DNA from: Thermoanaerobaculia bacterium
GTDB lineage: Bacteria > Acidobacteriota > Thermoanaerobaculia > UBA5066
DNA length: 64,000 nucleotides
Reading direction: 5' to 3'
Assembly (NCBI GenBank): GCA_963719225.1
Contig: CAVRAY010000001.1
Span: 2,432,001-2,496,000, forward strand
Shown in pieces: positions 19,735-29,943 of this stretch. The stretch's first letter is position 1; every line of letters starts with the position of its first letter. Below the pieces are notes generated by a model, which searched no databases, was not told the origin of the DNA, and worked only from the letters and a program-made list of their open reading frames with translations. The translations under genes were made by a program, and so were the position numbers.

Positions 19735-20572
19735 TCGAAGAAGCCCACGCTGTCCCGAGCCATTCGTTCTCCTGAATGGATCGGACCAGCCGAAAGCCTT
19801 CCTTCCGAAGCAGAATCTCCCACTCCCCTTCCCTCTCCACGAGCTGTCCGGAACAGAGAAGCCTCCCGCCCGGCGCGAGATGCCCGCGGAGCACCGCAAG
19901 GAGCGGAGCCGTCTCCTCGTGGATCATGTTCGCCACGACGAAGTCGAACCGGGCTTCGTCTCGGATCGCCTCGAGGGGACCGGCGAACGCCTCGACGCGC
20001 GGAATCCCGTTCGCGCGGGCCTGCTCGCGCGTCGCGAAGGCGGCGAGTGGGTCGACGTCGAACGCCACGACCCGGCGCGCCCCTTCGAGCGTGGCGACGA
20101 ACGCGAGCGTCCCGGTGCCGCAGCCCACGTCGAGGACCCGCGCGCCGCGCAGGTTCTCCGCGAGGAGGAGACGCACGGCGATGCGCGTGGACTCGTGCGA
20201 GCCGGTCCCGAAGGCGCGGACCGCGGGAAGGAAGAGCCGACGAACGCCGGGAGGCGCCGCAGTTGCGAGAGGACCGTCGTGTGGGTCGAAGAGAAATTTC
20301 TCGACGAGCACGGCCTTCCTCAAGGCAGCCGACTCGGCGACCCAATCGGTGGATTCTTCTTCGAAGGTGGAAAGACCGCGAGCGCCGAGCGCCTCGAGTG
20401 CGGAAAGCGCAGCCGCGACGTCCCACGTTCGGACCCAGAGAAAGAGTTTGCCATCCACGTCGGCCGCAGACGAAAACTCCAGCCCCCCTAACCCTTCTAA
20501 GAAATCCCCATGGTTCTCTTCGAATCTGGCGGCCAGCTTCGCGGGGACTTCAATGCGAACCGCAGTTGTCAT
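19727..20572 (-). CDS. prmA: ribosomal protein L11 methyltransferase
   Basis: Motifs AFGTGSHESTR, VLDVGCGTGTLA and VVANM; synteny after dnaJ. Confidence 0.9.
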   Translation of the reverse strand: MTTAVRIEVPAKLAARFEENHGDFLEGLGGLEFSSAADVDGKLFLWVRTWDVAAALSALEALGARGLSTFEEESTDWVAESAALRKAVLVEKFLFDPHDGPLATAAPPGVRRLFLPAVRAFGTGSHESTRIAVRLLLAENLRGARVLDVGCGTGTLAFVATLEGARRVVAFDVDPLAAFATREQARANGIPRVEAFAGPLEAIRDEARFDFVVANMIHEETAPLLAVLRGHLAPGGRLLCSGQLVEREGEWEILLRKEGFRLVRSIQENEWLGTAWASSNE

Positions 20573-20629
20573 GCACCGAGGAAAACCGGGGCGAACACTC
20601 CGTGTCGCGTTCCCCCCGGCGCCCCCCTC

Positions 20630-21751
20630 CTACGTACGAACAAATTCTCTCAATCTCTCGAAAAAGCCTTTTTCATCCTTCGTCGGCGTTCCCGACTCCG
20701 AACCGAACGCTTTCGCGAGCTTCTCCATCGCCTCGCGCTGCACGGCGTTCATCTTCTTCGGCACGCGCACGGTGAGGAGGACGTGCTGATCGCCCTTGCC
20801 GCGGCCGTCCAGCCGCGGAACGCCTTTCCCCTTGAGCGTGAACACGCGGCCCGCGGCCGTGCCGGGCGGGACATCGAAGGTGGCGTCGCCGTGGAGCGTC
20901 GGAACCCGCAGCGTGCCGCCGAGGGCGGCGAGATGGAACGGCACGGCCCACGTGAGGATCACGTCGAAACCGTCGCGCCGGAACTGCTCGTGCGGCGCGA
21001 CCGAGATGAAGACATAGAGATCGCCGACGCGGCCGCCGCGCCGGCCCGCATTCCCCTCTCCCGTGAGGCGCAGCCTCGCCCCTTCGTCCACGCCTGCGGG
21101 GATCGCCACCGTGAGGGTTCGCGCGCGGCGCGTACGGCCGTCTCCCCGGCATTCGGGACAGGGATCCTTCACGCGTTCGCCCGCGCCCTCGCAGTCAGGA
21201 CACGGACGGGCGAGGGCGAAAAACCCCTGCCGATACTGGACGCGCCCCTGGCCCCGGCACGTCGAGCACGTGACGGGAGCGGCCCCGCCGCGACCTCCGC
21301 GGCCCTGACAGGCCTCGCAACGCTCGTAGCGGTGGATCGGGAGCGAGACTTCCGAGCCGAAGGCGGCGGATTCGAATGACAGCGTGACATCGGCCTTCTG
21401 GTCCTCGCCGTTGCGGCGCGCCCCCCGCACGTCTCCTCCGGTCGCGAAGCCGAACAGGTCGCCGAGGATGTCGGCGAAGTCCACGAACTGTGTCGGATCG
21501 AATCCCACCCCGCCCATCCCGCGCAGCCCTTCGTGCCCGAAGCGGTCGTAGCGCTCGCGCTTCTCGGGGTCCGAGAGCACGGAATATGCCTCGGCCGCCG
21601 CCTTGAACTTCTCCTCGGCGCTCTTGTCCTCCGGGTTCTTGTCGGGGTGGTGCTTCAGCGCGGCCCGGCGGTAGGCGGACTTGATCTCGTCGGTCGAGGC
21701 GCTTCGCCCCACACCGAGTACCTCGTAATAGTCGCGAAGGGTCGTGCTCAC
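20630..21751 (-). CDS. dnaJ: molecular chaperone DnaJ
   Basis: J domain with HPD; four CxxCxGxG motifs. Confidence 0.96.
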   Translation of the reverse strand: MSTTLRDYYEVLGVGRSASTDEIKSAYRRAALKHHPDKNPEDKSAEEKFKAAAEAYSVLSDPEKRERYDRFGHEGLRGMGGVGFDPTQFVDFADILGDLFGFATGGDVRGARRNGEDQKADVTLSFESAAFGSEVSLPIHRYERCEACQGRGGRGGAAPVTCSTCRGQGRVQYRQGFFALARPCPDCEGAGERVKDPCPECRGDGRTRRARTLTVAIPAGVDEGARLRLTGEGNAGRRGGRVGDLYVFISVAPHEQFRRDGFDVILTWAVPFHLAALGGTLRVPTLHGDATFDVPPGTAAGRVFTLKGKGVPRLDGRGKGDQHVLLTVRVPKKMNAVQREAMEKLAKAFGSESGTPTKDEKGFFERLREFVRT

Positions 21752-21773
21752 GGCAGGCTGCTAGGGCTCGGAG

Positions 21774-23624
21774 TCAGGCGGGTTTCTCCGCGCCATCGCC
21801 CCGCCGCTCCTTGGACTCGGGCTTGTAGAGCATGGCCTGCGTCAGGATGCGCGAAACGCCTTTCATGTCGATCATCGCGTCGTCGATCGGGCCTCTTTCC
21901 TCGCCCGTCAGGACCTCACGCGCGTTCTCGAGCGTGCGCTGGACGCGGTCTTTCTCGTCTGGCTGCAGGAGATTGCCGAACTCGCGGAAGATGCGGTCGT
22001 TGCCCCCGATCATTCCCTCGAGCTTGTTCTTGAGCTGGCGGAGCTCCTTGCGCTTCGTGTCGGCCGCCTTGTTCACGGTGGCCTCCTCGATGATCTTCTC
22101 GATCTCGGTCTGCGACAGGCCGCCAGCCGGGTTGATCTGAAGCCCCTGCGCCTTTCCGGTCGCGAGGTCCTTCGCCGAGACGTTCACGATTCCCGAAGAA
22201 TCGATCGCGAACGTGACCTCGATCTGGGGAACCCCTTTCGCGGCCGCCGGGATGCCGACGAGCTGGAACTTGCCGAGGGACTTGTTCTCCTTGGCGATGT
22301 CGCGCTCGCCCTGCAGGACGTGGATCTCGACGGTCGTCTGGTTGTCGGCGACAGTCGTGAAGATCTGGGTGTTCTTCGTCGGGATCGTCGAGTTGCGCTC
22401 GATGAGCTTGACGAAGATGCCCCCGTGCGTCTCGAGGCCGAGAGACAGCGGCGTGACGTCCAGGAGGACGAGGTCCTTGATGTCGCCGCGCAGGACGCCC
22501 GCCTGGATCGCCGCGCCGACCGCGACGACCTCGTCCGGGTTGATCGAGCGGTTCGGCGGCTTGCCGAAGATCGTCTCGACCATCTGCTGGACCTTCGGCG
22601 TGCGCGTCTGACCGCCCACGAGGATGATCGTATCGATCTGCTCGGGCTTGAGCTCGGCCGCTTCCAGGGCATTCCGACACGGCCCCTCGGTGCGCTTGAT
22701 GAGGTCCGCGGCGAGCGCCTCGAACGTGTCGCGTGTCAGGAGCTTGTTGATGTGCTTGGGGCCCGAAGCGTCGGATGCGATGAACGGGAGAGCGATCATC
22801 GTCTCGAGCGCGGTCGAGAGCTCGCACTTGGCCTTCTCCGCGGCCTCTTTGAGCCTCTGGAGCGCCAAGCGGTCCTGCCTCAGGTCGATCCCCGTCTGCG
22901 TCAGGAACTCGGCAAGGAGCCAGTCCATGATCGTCCGGTCGAAGTCCTCGCCGCCGAGGAACGTGTCGCCCGAGGTCGCGAGCACCTCGAACATGCCGTT
23001 GTCGATGCGCAGGATCGAAATGTCGAACGTGCCGCCGCCGAGGTCGTAGACGGCGATCGTCTCCTGTTTGCGGTTCTTCTCGAGCCCGTATGCGAGCGCG
23101 GCCGCCGTGGGCTCGTTGATGATGCGGAGCACCTCGAGGCCGGCGATGCGGCCCGCGTCGCGCGTGGCCTGGCGCTGGGAATCGTCGAAATAGGCCGGGA
23201 CCGTGATGATCGCTTCCTTGATCTCCTCGCCGAGCGCCTCTTCGCAGAATTCCTTGATCTCGCGCAGGGTGAACGAGGAGATCTCCTCGGGCGAATAGTC
23301 GCGGTCGCGCACCTGGATCTTCACATCGCCGTTCGGAGCCTCGACGAGCGCATACGAAAGGTGCTCGCGCGCGTGCTTGACGTTGGCGTCCGACATCTTG
23401 CGGCCGATGAGCCGCTTCACGGCATAGATCGTCTGCGTCGGGTTCGTGATTGCCTGGCGCTTCGCGATCTGGCCGACGAGCCGCTCGCCGTCCTCCGTGA
23501 AGCCCACGATCGAAGGCGTCGTCCGGGCGCCCTCGCGGTTCGGGACGACCTGGGGCGAGCCGACTTCGACGACGGCCACGCACGAATTCGTCGTGCCGAG
23601 ATCGATGCCGAGAACCTTAGCCAC
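21774..23624 (-). CDS. dnaK: molecular chaperone DnaK
   Basis: Motifs [34 protein letters not shown] and DVTPLSLG. Confidence 0.97.
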   Translation of the reverse strand: MAKVLGIDLGTTNSCVAVVEVGSPQVVPNREGARTTPSIVGFTEDGERLVGQIAKRQAITNPTQTIYAVKRLIGRKMSDANVKHAREHLSYALVEAPNGDVKIQVRDRDYSPEEISSFTLREIKEFCEEALGEEIKEAIITVPAYFDDSQRQATRDAGRIAGLEVLRIINEPTAAALAYGLEKNRKQETIAVYDLGGGTFDISILRIDNGMFEVLATSGDTFLGGEDFDRTIMDWLLAEFLTQTGIDLRQDRLALQRLKEAAEKAKCELSTALETMIALPFIASDASGPKHINKLLTRDTFEALAADLIKRTEGPCRNALEAAELKPEQIDTIILVGGQTRTPKVQQMVETIFGKPPNRSINPDEVVAVGAAIQAGVLRGDIKDLVLLDVTPLSLGLETHGGIFVKLIERNSTIPTKNTQIFTTVADNQTTVEIHVLQGERDIAKENKSLGKFQLVGIPAAAKGVPQIEVTFAIDSSGIVNVSAKDLATGKAQGLQINPAGGLSQTEIEKIIEEATVNKAADTKRKELRQLKNKLEGMIGGNDRIFREFGNLLQPDEKDRVQRTLENAREVLTGEERGPIDDAMIDMKGVSRILTQAMLYKPESKERRGDGAEKPA

Positions 23625-23639
23625 GGTGCTCCTCCTGGC

Positions 23640-24373
23640 TCATGCCTTCGTGTCCCCGCCGGCCCGGGGCGCTGCGACCTTCACGCGCGCGGGCCTGAGA
23701 AGCCGGTCGTTGAGGAGGTATCCCTTCTGGAAGACCTCGAGCACGGTGCCGGGAGCGACGGATTCCGTCTCCTCGCGCATGACGGCCTCGTGAACGTTCG
23801 GATCGAACGGAAGCCCCAGGGCCGGCACTTCCACCACGCCGTATTTCTTCAGCGTGTCCGCGAATTGTTTCGCGATCATGTCGATGCCCGCGTGGAACTC
23901 GTCCCCCGTGGCGTCGGCGCGATGGACGAGGGCGCGCTCGAAGTTGTCGACGACGCCCAGAATGTCGGCGAACGCCTCCGCGAGCGCGAACCGGAAATAC
24001 TCGGCCTTGTCCCTTTCGGTCCGGCGCTTGAGATTGTCGAAGTCGGCCGACTTCCGGAGCAGCGCCTCGCGAACGCGGCCCAGGTCCTCCTCGGCGCTGA
24101 TCGCACGTTCGCGCTCCTTCGCGACCCGATTCTCCAGGACGGCCAGCCGAGGGTCCGGGGCGGCCGGCGCGGGAGGGGGGGTGCGGCCGCCGGCGCGGGA
24201 TCGGGCGCCGCGACGGCCACCGGACGCGTGGCTTCGTGCTTTCGGTGCTTTTCCTCGACGGCTTCGACGGCGCGCTCGGCCTCGGCGAGAGCGCGCGCGA
24301 CATCGCTGCGGCTCTCCGTCTCGAGGAAGATGATGTCCTCGTCCTCGCGGCGCGGCTTTTTCGGGCCGCTCAT
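23640..24373 (-). CDS. grpE: nucleotide exchange factor GrpE, frameshifted at the G7 run 24175-24181
   Basis: ADFDNLKRR, VVDNFERAL, FDPNVHEAV and QKGYLLNDRLLRPARVKV are in a different frame from the ATG at 24373. One extra base in the run restores the frame. Confidence 0.88.
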
Positions 24374-25428
24374 GCGGCTCCCTCCGTGAGCCGTCGGCTC
24401 ACGTAGCGCGAGAGCTCGGCGACGAGCGGCACGACGCGCGCGTACTTCATCCGGCGCGGCCCGATCACGCCGAGCGCGCCGATCACACGGTCGCCCCTGC
24501 GGTACGGAGCGGAAACCACCGCGCTGCCGGTCTCGTCCGTGAAGGGGCTTTCCGAGCCGATGACGACCGCGAGAGAGTCGGCCGTGATGCAGTCGGTCAG
24601 GAGGTTCACGAGCCGAGCCTTCTCCTCGAAGGCGTGAAACATCCGGCGCAGGGCTTCGAGATCGTTCCGGAACTCGGGTTTCTGGAGCAGCGACTCGGTG
24701 CCCTCCATGTAGACCGCCTCTTCCGGCGGGCGCGCCTCGGCGAAGGCCCGGCGCCCGAGCTCGAGGGCGCGAGCGAGAGCGCTGTCCATCCGCACCTTTT
24801 CCTCTCCCAGCGACGCGAGGAGAAGGATGCGGATCTCGTCGAGAGTCTTTCCGGCGAAGTCAATCGTCAGCCGGTTCGAGATGCTTTCCAGCTCGGCCTG
24901 CGAAAAGTCCTCGCGGGTCTCGATGAGACGGCTCTCCACGAGCCCCGTGTCGGAAACCTCGGCCACGACGAGCCTGCGGTCGGCGACACGCGTGAAATGC
25001 ACGGACTCGAGGACGAAGCTCATGGAGGCGGGAGCGGCCACGACGCCCACCTCGCCCGTCAGGCGGCAGAGAACGCCCGACGTGGCCTTGAGGAAGAGCT
25101 CGATCTCGAACGGCTCCGGCGAGAGCTCGTCTGCGATGCGCGCGCGGTCCGTCTCGGAGGGGGTCTGCGCCGGCATCAGCTCTCGAACGAACGCGCGGTA
25201 GCCGCGATCGGTCGGCACGCGGCCGGCCGAGACGTGAGGGTGCGTGAGAAAGCCGAGATCCTCGAGATCGGCCATCGCATTTCTGAGCGATGCCGACGAA
25301 AGGCCGAACTTTCCCCCCTTCGTCAGCTGACGCGACGACACCGGGACCGCGCTCTCGATGTACGCGACGATCACCGAGGCGAGAACCTCGCGGGACCTCG
25401 CGTCCAAACCGTTGAAATCGTTGGTCAT
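24370..25428 (-). CDS. hrcA: heat-inducible transcription repressor
   Basis: Motifs PVSSRQL, SSASLRNAMADLEDLGFL, SAGRVPTDRGYR and GVIGPRRMKY. Confidence 0.93.
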   Translation of the reverse strand: MTNDFNGLDARSREVLASVIVAYIESAVPVSSRQLTKGGKFGLSSASLRNAMADLEDLGFLTHPHVSAGRVPTDRGYRAFVRELMPAQTPSETDRARIADELSPEPFEIELFLKATSGVLCRLTGEVGVVAAPASMSFVLESVHFTRVADRRLVVAEVSDTGLVESRLIETREDFSQAELESISNRLTIDFAGKTLDEIRILLLASLGEEKVRMDSALARALELGRRAFAEARPPEEAVYMEGTESLLQKPEFRNDLEALRRMFHAFEEKARLVNLLTDCITADSLAVVIGSESPFTDETGSAVVSAPYRRGDRVIGALGVIGPRRMKYARVVPLVAELSRYVSRRLTEGAA

Positions 25429-25557
25429 CGCGACGCAAGGCCCTCCGCCCTTGCCTGACTCCCTGAGCTTCCCGGGAGAGGGCCATGATATCAAAGCGAC
25501 TCGCCCTCGGGTGTAAGATCAGATGCCCCCTGGGGAGGTCGGCAGAGCCTTATCCGT

Positions 25558-26901
25558 ATGGTTTTCTTCAATTACGCGACGATGCAGATGGCCGCCAAGA
25601 TCGTGTACTACGGTCCGGGCCTCTGTGGGAAAACGACGAATCTTCACGTGATTTACGGGCGCACGGCACCCACCTCTCGAGGGGAGATGGTCTGTCTCGA
25701 GACGGAAACGGACCGGACGCTCTTCTTCGACCTCCTTCCCCTCGACGTCGGCGTCATCGGCGGATTCAAGACCCGTCTTCAGCTGTACACCGTCCCCGGA
25801 CAGGTCTTCTACAACACGACCCGGAAGCTCGTCCTCAAGGGCGTGGATGGAATCGTATTCGTCGCCGACTCGCAGCGACCCATGAAGGATCCGAACGTCG
25901 AGAGCCTCCGCAACCTCCGGGAGAACCTCGCGGAGATCGGCGTGTCACTCGATGCGACTCCCCGCGTTTTCCAGTACAACAAACGGGACCTCGCGAACAT
26001 CCTGACACTCGACGAGCTCAACGAGGCGTTGAACCCGGACGGCTCAATCGAGTGGTACGAGGCGTCGGCGACGAACGGGACGGGAGTCTTCGAGACCCTC
26101 AAGGCGATCTCGAAGCTGACCCTGCGCTCGCTCAAGGGACGGATGGCCGTCGAGCAGCGGCGTCCCGCGGTCGTCGCGTCCGCGGCCACGCCGGGTCCCC
26201 AGCCGCTCATGTCGTCCAAAGCCGCCGCGTCGGGCATCGGCGAAGCCATCGACGCGATGGCGACGTCTGCGGTCTCCGCGTCCCATGTCGCGCCGGGAGA
26301 CGGCTTCGACTCGACGATCTCCCGTCTCAAGCGCTTCCAGGAAGCCGCCCGGCAGTCCCGCGATCTCGATTCACGCGAAATTCCAGCCGACACCTCGCCC
26401 GCGATTCCCCTTCCCGCCGAAACCGCCCCGTTCGACGCCGCCAATTTCCCGCATCCCGACGACGCGTCCAGCGAGGTGAGTTTTGCCGAGATCCAGCCTC
26501 CGCCGGACGACGTCCCCATGGACTCTTCGATGAAGCACGTGCGCGTGCGCTCGAACGTCGACATCCTTTCCGAGCTCGAAAAGCTCCGCAAGCTCGCGAC
26601 GCAGCGGCCCGCCTCGCCGAGCGGCTCCCACAAGACGAAGACCAAGAGCGCGGCCGACGTCTCGCTCGACGACCTGCTCGGGTCGACGCGGAATCACCGC
26701 AAGGACGTGGTGCAGTCGTTCGACCTCCAGGTCCCCCGCGACACGCTCGCGAAAACCCGGCACGTGACGGTCGGGCTTTCGTTCGGGGACGGAGAGGGCG
26801 CCGCGCTCGGCTCCGAGAAACGGTTCGACGTGGATTTCGCGGGCTTGAAGGACATCAACAAGCTCCTGCTTTCGCTGAAGTTCCATGTCAAAGGCGAGTG
26901 A
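25558..26901 (+). CDS. MglA-like small GTPase with long C-terminal extension
   Basis: KIVYYGPGLCGKTTNL, RTLFFD, LYTVPGQVFY and YNKRD; about 250 extra C-terminal residues. Confidence 0.88.
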   Translation: MVFFNYATMQMAAKIVYYGPGLCGKTTNLHVIYGRTAPTSRGEMVCLETETDRTLFFDLLPLDVGVIGGFKTRLQLYTVPGQVFYNTTRKLVLKGVDGIVFVADSQRPMKDPNVESLRNLRENLAEIGVSLDATPRVFQYNKRDLANILTLDELNEALNPDGSIEWYEASATNGTGVFETLKAISKLTLRSLKGRMAVEQRRPAVVASAATPGPQPLMSSKAAASGIGEAIDAMATSAVSASHVAPGDGFDSTISRLKRFQEAARQSRDLDSREIPADTSPAIPLPAETAPFDAANFPHPDDASSEVSFAEIQPPPDDVPMDSSMKHVRVRSNVDILSELEKLRKLATQRPASPSGSHKTKTKSAADVSLDDLLGSTRNHRKDVVQSFDLQVPRDTLAKTRHVTVGLSFGDGEGAALGSEKRFDVDFAGLKDINKLLLSLKFHVKGE

Positions 26902-26957
26902 GGCCGGGGGCGATTTCGCTTGACCTCGTGCTCCCGGCTCGGGTCCACTTCCAAACG

Positions 26958-28796
26958 ATGAGTATCCGCCGGCGTCTTCTTGCCCGGGTCGCGGGCCTCC
27001 TGGCGGGGCTTCTGCCGTTCGTGATCGCCGGCTGTTCGGCAGCGCCTCGCGAGGTCCCGGTGACTTCAGCCGCACCGCCGGAGGACCCGCCGGCGATCTC
27101 CGCGGCGCGCAAGCTCGCCTCCGAGCAGTTCCACCAGGGCAAGGCGCTCGCGCTCGAGGGCGAGAGCGATTGCGCCCGCCAGGCATTCCGCGATGCCCTC
27201 GAGGGCTTCCGGATCGCGGCCCGAGAGGGCAACCCCTCCGATCTCGCCTTTGCGAGAGAGCTCTACGATTCGATCACTCTTTACCGCCCCGCGATCGAAG
27301 CCGGCGCGCGGGCACGCGAAGCCGAACGGCCGCCGGCCGAAGACCCGCGCGACAGCCTCGTCGCCACGGCGCCGCTCCCCTCTGCCGACGAGGTCGAGAA
27401 GGCCAAGAAGGAGGTCTCGTCGGCACCTTCCGGAATCGGCTTCGACATCCCGATCGTCGTGAACGACGCCGTTCTCAAGGCCGTCGCCTTTTACCAGTTC
27501 CGGACGCCCATGGCCTTCGCCGCGGCCCTGAAGCGCAAGGGACGCTATCTCGACCTCATGCGCGGGATCCTCAGGGAAGAGGGGGTTCCCGAGGACCTCG
27601 TCTACGTCGCGATGGTCGAATCCGCCTTCAAGTACCAGGCACATTCCCGCGCCGCCGCGCACGGCTTCTGGCAGTTCATCGCGGGCACCGGCAAGCGTTA
27701 CGGCCTCAAGCGGAACGGCTCGCTCGACGAGAGGAGCGATCCGATCAAGTCCACGCGCGCCGCAGCGGCCTATTTCCGCGACCTGTACGAGATGTTCGGC
27801 GACTGGCATCTCGCGATGGCCGCGTACGACGCGGGCGAGGGTCGGATTCTGAAGGGACTCCAGCGCACCGGCGCGCGCGATTTCTGGGAGCTCGCGGCGG
27901 GCGGCAGCCTCCGGCGCGAGACCCGCGATTACGTCCCCTTCGTTCTCGCGACGGCCCTCATCGCGAAAGATCCGGCGCGCTTCGGTTTCGACGTCGTGCC
28001 CGATCCGCCACTCGCGTGGGAAACGGTGACGGTGCGGAAGAGTGTCGATCTCGCGCGCGTGGCCGACCTCACCCATTCGACGCTGCCGGAGCTCCAGCTT
28101 CTCAACAGCGAACTGAGGACCCGTGCGACTCCGCACGGTGTTTCCACGTACGACGTACGCGTTCCCGCCGGCTCGGCGGCCCTTCTGGCGTCGCAGATCG
28201 CTGCCCTGCCCGCCGCGCACGCCGTCCTCGAGAAGCGCGTCGTCGTCCGGAAGGGTGAAACGCTCCAGAAGATCGCGCGCCGCGCGCGCGTGTCCGTGGC
28301 CGAGCTGTGCGACTGGAACGACCTGCCCCGCACGGCCCGCCTGAAGAAGGGCACCGTGCTCGTCGTGCCGGGCAACCGCGGGACCGTCCCGAAACGTGTC
28401 GCGGTCGCTTCGGAGTCTCGCGCACCTCAGGGCGAGATCCGCGGCGTTCCGACGCCCGCGGCCGCCGTGACGTCGGCGTCCGGCGTCGGGCCATACACGT
28501 CTGTTCCGCTCACGACCGATTCGCGGCAGAGCGGCCCGGCGGGAGCCCTCGAGATTCCCCAGGAAGGGTTCGTCGATTCACCTTCGCGAACCGCCCTGGC
28601 AAAGAGCACGAAGGCGCAGGAAGTACGCGGCATCCGCGTCGTCCGCCACACGGTCAAGAAGGGCGACACGCTTTACTCCCTCGCCGCTCGATACGGGACG
28701 ACGATCGACGCCATCCTCCGCGAGAACCGCCTTCGCTCTCCGCACTCGCTCAAGGCCGGGCAGACGCTCGTCCTCTCGCTCGTCGCTCTGAACTGA
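26958..28796 (+). CDS. MltD-like lipoprotein lytic transglycosylase with LysM domains
   Basis: Lipobox VIAGC; motifs VESAF, GFWQF and ETRDYV; two LysM domains (VRKGETL, VKKGDTLYSLA). Confidence 0.9.
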   Translation: MSIRRRLLARVAGLLAGLLPFVIAGCSAAPREVPVTSAAPPEDPPAISAARKLASEQFHQGKALALEGESDCARQAFRDALEGFRIAAREGNPSDLAFARELYDSITLYRPAIEAGARAREAERPPAEDPRDSLVATAPLPSADEVEKAKKEVSSAPSGIGFDIPIVVNDAVLKAVAFYQFRTPMAFAAALKRKGRYLDLMRGILREEGVPEDLVYVAMVESAFKYQAHSRAAAHGFWQFIAGTGKRYGLKRNGSLDERSDPIKSTRAAAAYFRDLYEMFGDWHLAMAAYDAGEGRILKGLQRTGARDFWELAAGGSLRRETRDYVPFVLATALIAKDPARFGFDVVPDPPLAWETVTVRKSVDLARVADLTHSTLPELQLLNSELRTRATPHGVSTYDVRVPAGSAALLASQIAALPAAHAVLEKRVVVRKGETLQKIARRARVSVAELCDWNDLPRTARLKKGTVLVVPGNRGTVPKRVAVASESRAPQGEIRGVPTPAAAVTSASGVGPYTSVPLTTDSRQSGPAGALEIPQEGFVDSPSRTALAKSTKAQEVRGIRVVRHTVKKGDTLYSLAARYGTTIDAILRENRLRSPHSLKAGQTLVLSLVALN

Positions 28797-28891
28797 GGCT
28801 CCGAGATCCCATGCGGGGCGTGGCCCCTTATCCTCGTTGCGTCGTCAGCAGCCGAGGCGTTGATGGTCGCGGGGGCTCCGGCCCCGGCTGC

Positions 28892-28932
28892 TTGCATGCT
28901 ATGAATGCAGCGCCTATAGTGTCTGCATGCAA
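28892..28932 (+). promoter_or_regulatory. sigma70 promoter with overlapping inverted repeat (probable toxin-antitoxin operator)
   Basis: TTGCAT-17 nt-TATAGT ends 6 nt before ATG 28927. TTGCATGC (28892-28899) and GCATGCAA (28925-28932) are inverted. Confidence 0.7.
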
Positions 28933-29169
28933 TACACAGTCCGTGGAATTCCCGAAGAGCTCGACGCCGCGATGCGCGAGCGCGCGCGGCGCGAGGGGAA
29001 GAGCCTCAACGAGGTTGCGGTCGCGGCGCTCGCCGAAGGGATCGGCCTCGGGGACGAGCCTGTCGTGAGGCGCGATCTCGCCGACATCGTCGGGACCTGG
29101 AAGAGAGAGGCGGCGGTCGAGAAAGCGCTCGCGGCGCAGGACGAGGTGGACGAGAGCCTCTGGAGATGA
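28927..29169 (+). CDS. ribbon-helix-helix antitoxin (FitA/VapB-like)
   Basis: MQYTVRGIPEELDAAMRERARREGKSLNE fits the RHH pattern; ATGA overlap with the toxin. Confidence 0.85.
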   Translation: MQYTVRGIPEELDAAMRERARREGKSLNEVAVAALAEGIGLGDEPVVRRDLADIVGTWKREAAVEKALAAQDEVDESLWR

Positions 29170-29549
29170 GGCTTGCCCTCGACACGAATCGCTACGTCGA
29201 TCTGTGCAACGGTCGCGCTCAGACGGCTGAGCTCGTCGCCACGGCCGAGGAGGTTCTCCTTCCCTTCATCGTCGTCGCCGAGCTCCGCGCCGGCTTCTCG
29301 ATCGGCCGCCGATCCGCCGAGAACGAGCGCGTCCTCCGGCTCTTCCTCCTGAAGAGCGGCGTCCGCGCCCTCTACGCCGACGAGCAGACGACACACCACT
29401 ACGCGGCCGTCTTCCGGCAGCTTCGGAGACAAAGCACGCCGATCCCCACGAACGACATCTGGATCGCCGCATTGGTGCTCCAGAACGACCTCGCTCTGCA
29501 CGCCCGCGACAAGCACTTCGACGAGCTGCCGCAGATCGTCAGAAGGTAG
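29166..29549 (+). CDS. vapC: VapC-family PIN domain toxin
   Basis: Motifs LDTN, VAEL, IPTNDIWIAA and RDKHF. Confidence 0.92.
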   Translation: MRLALDTNRYVDLCNGRAQTAELVATAEEVLLPFIVVAELRAGFSIGRRSAENERVLRLFLLKSGVRALYADEQTTHHYAAVFRQLRRQSTPIPTNDIWIAALVLQNDLALHARDKHFDELPQIVRR

Positions 29550-29673
29550 CGCCGCCCCGGATGTTTGCGACCGCGACGTAAACCGCGCAACCACACGCGC
29601 GCGGCGTGGAGAACGGCGGCGTTTCGACGCGACGGGCTCCCCACACCGCGTCCGGTGCATGTCAGATCTTGAG

Positions 29674-29698
29674 ATGCACGTCACTAATCCGCGGGGTC
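29674..29698. repeat. 25-bp direct repeat, copy 1 (ATGCACGTCACTAATCCGCGGGGTC)
   Basis: Identical to 32409-32433. Confidence 0.9.
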
Positions 29699-29943
29699 CC
29701 GAGCACGCGTTCGAGGTCCAGCTTCCGTTCCTGCAGCGAATCCTCGGCGAGGGCTTCACGTTCCTTCCCGTAGCCGTCTCGGAGCAGTCGGCTTCGGAGA
29801 AGGCGGATCTCATCGACGTGTTCCTCGGCGAGACCGGCACGCTGGTCCTCGTAAGCACCGACCTCAGCCACCATCACGGCGTCGAGACCGCCCGCCGGCT
29901 CGACCGCGAAACGGCGGAGAACGTCGTCGCGCGGAAAGCAAAC
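29698..29943 (+). pseudogene. internal fragment of an AmmeMemoRadiSam protein B (Memo family) gene
   Basis: EHAFEVQLPFLQ and VSTDLSH motifs. Cut at the repeat on the left and at IS481 on the right. Confidence 0.75.

Noticed and set aside
25485-26957. N-terminal half of the 1103-aa ORF 25485..28796
   Set aside because: It is an off-frame overlap with the MglA-like gene. The real MltD-like protein starts at ATG 26958 with a lipoprotein signal.
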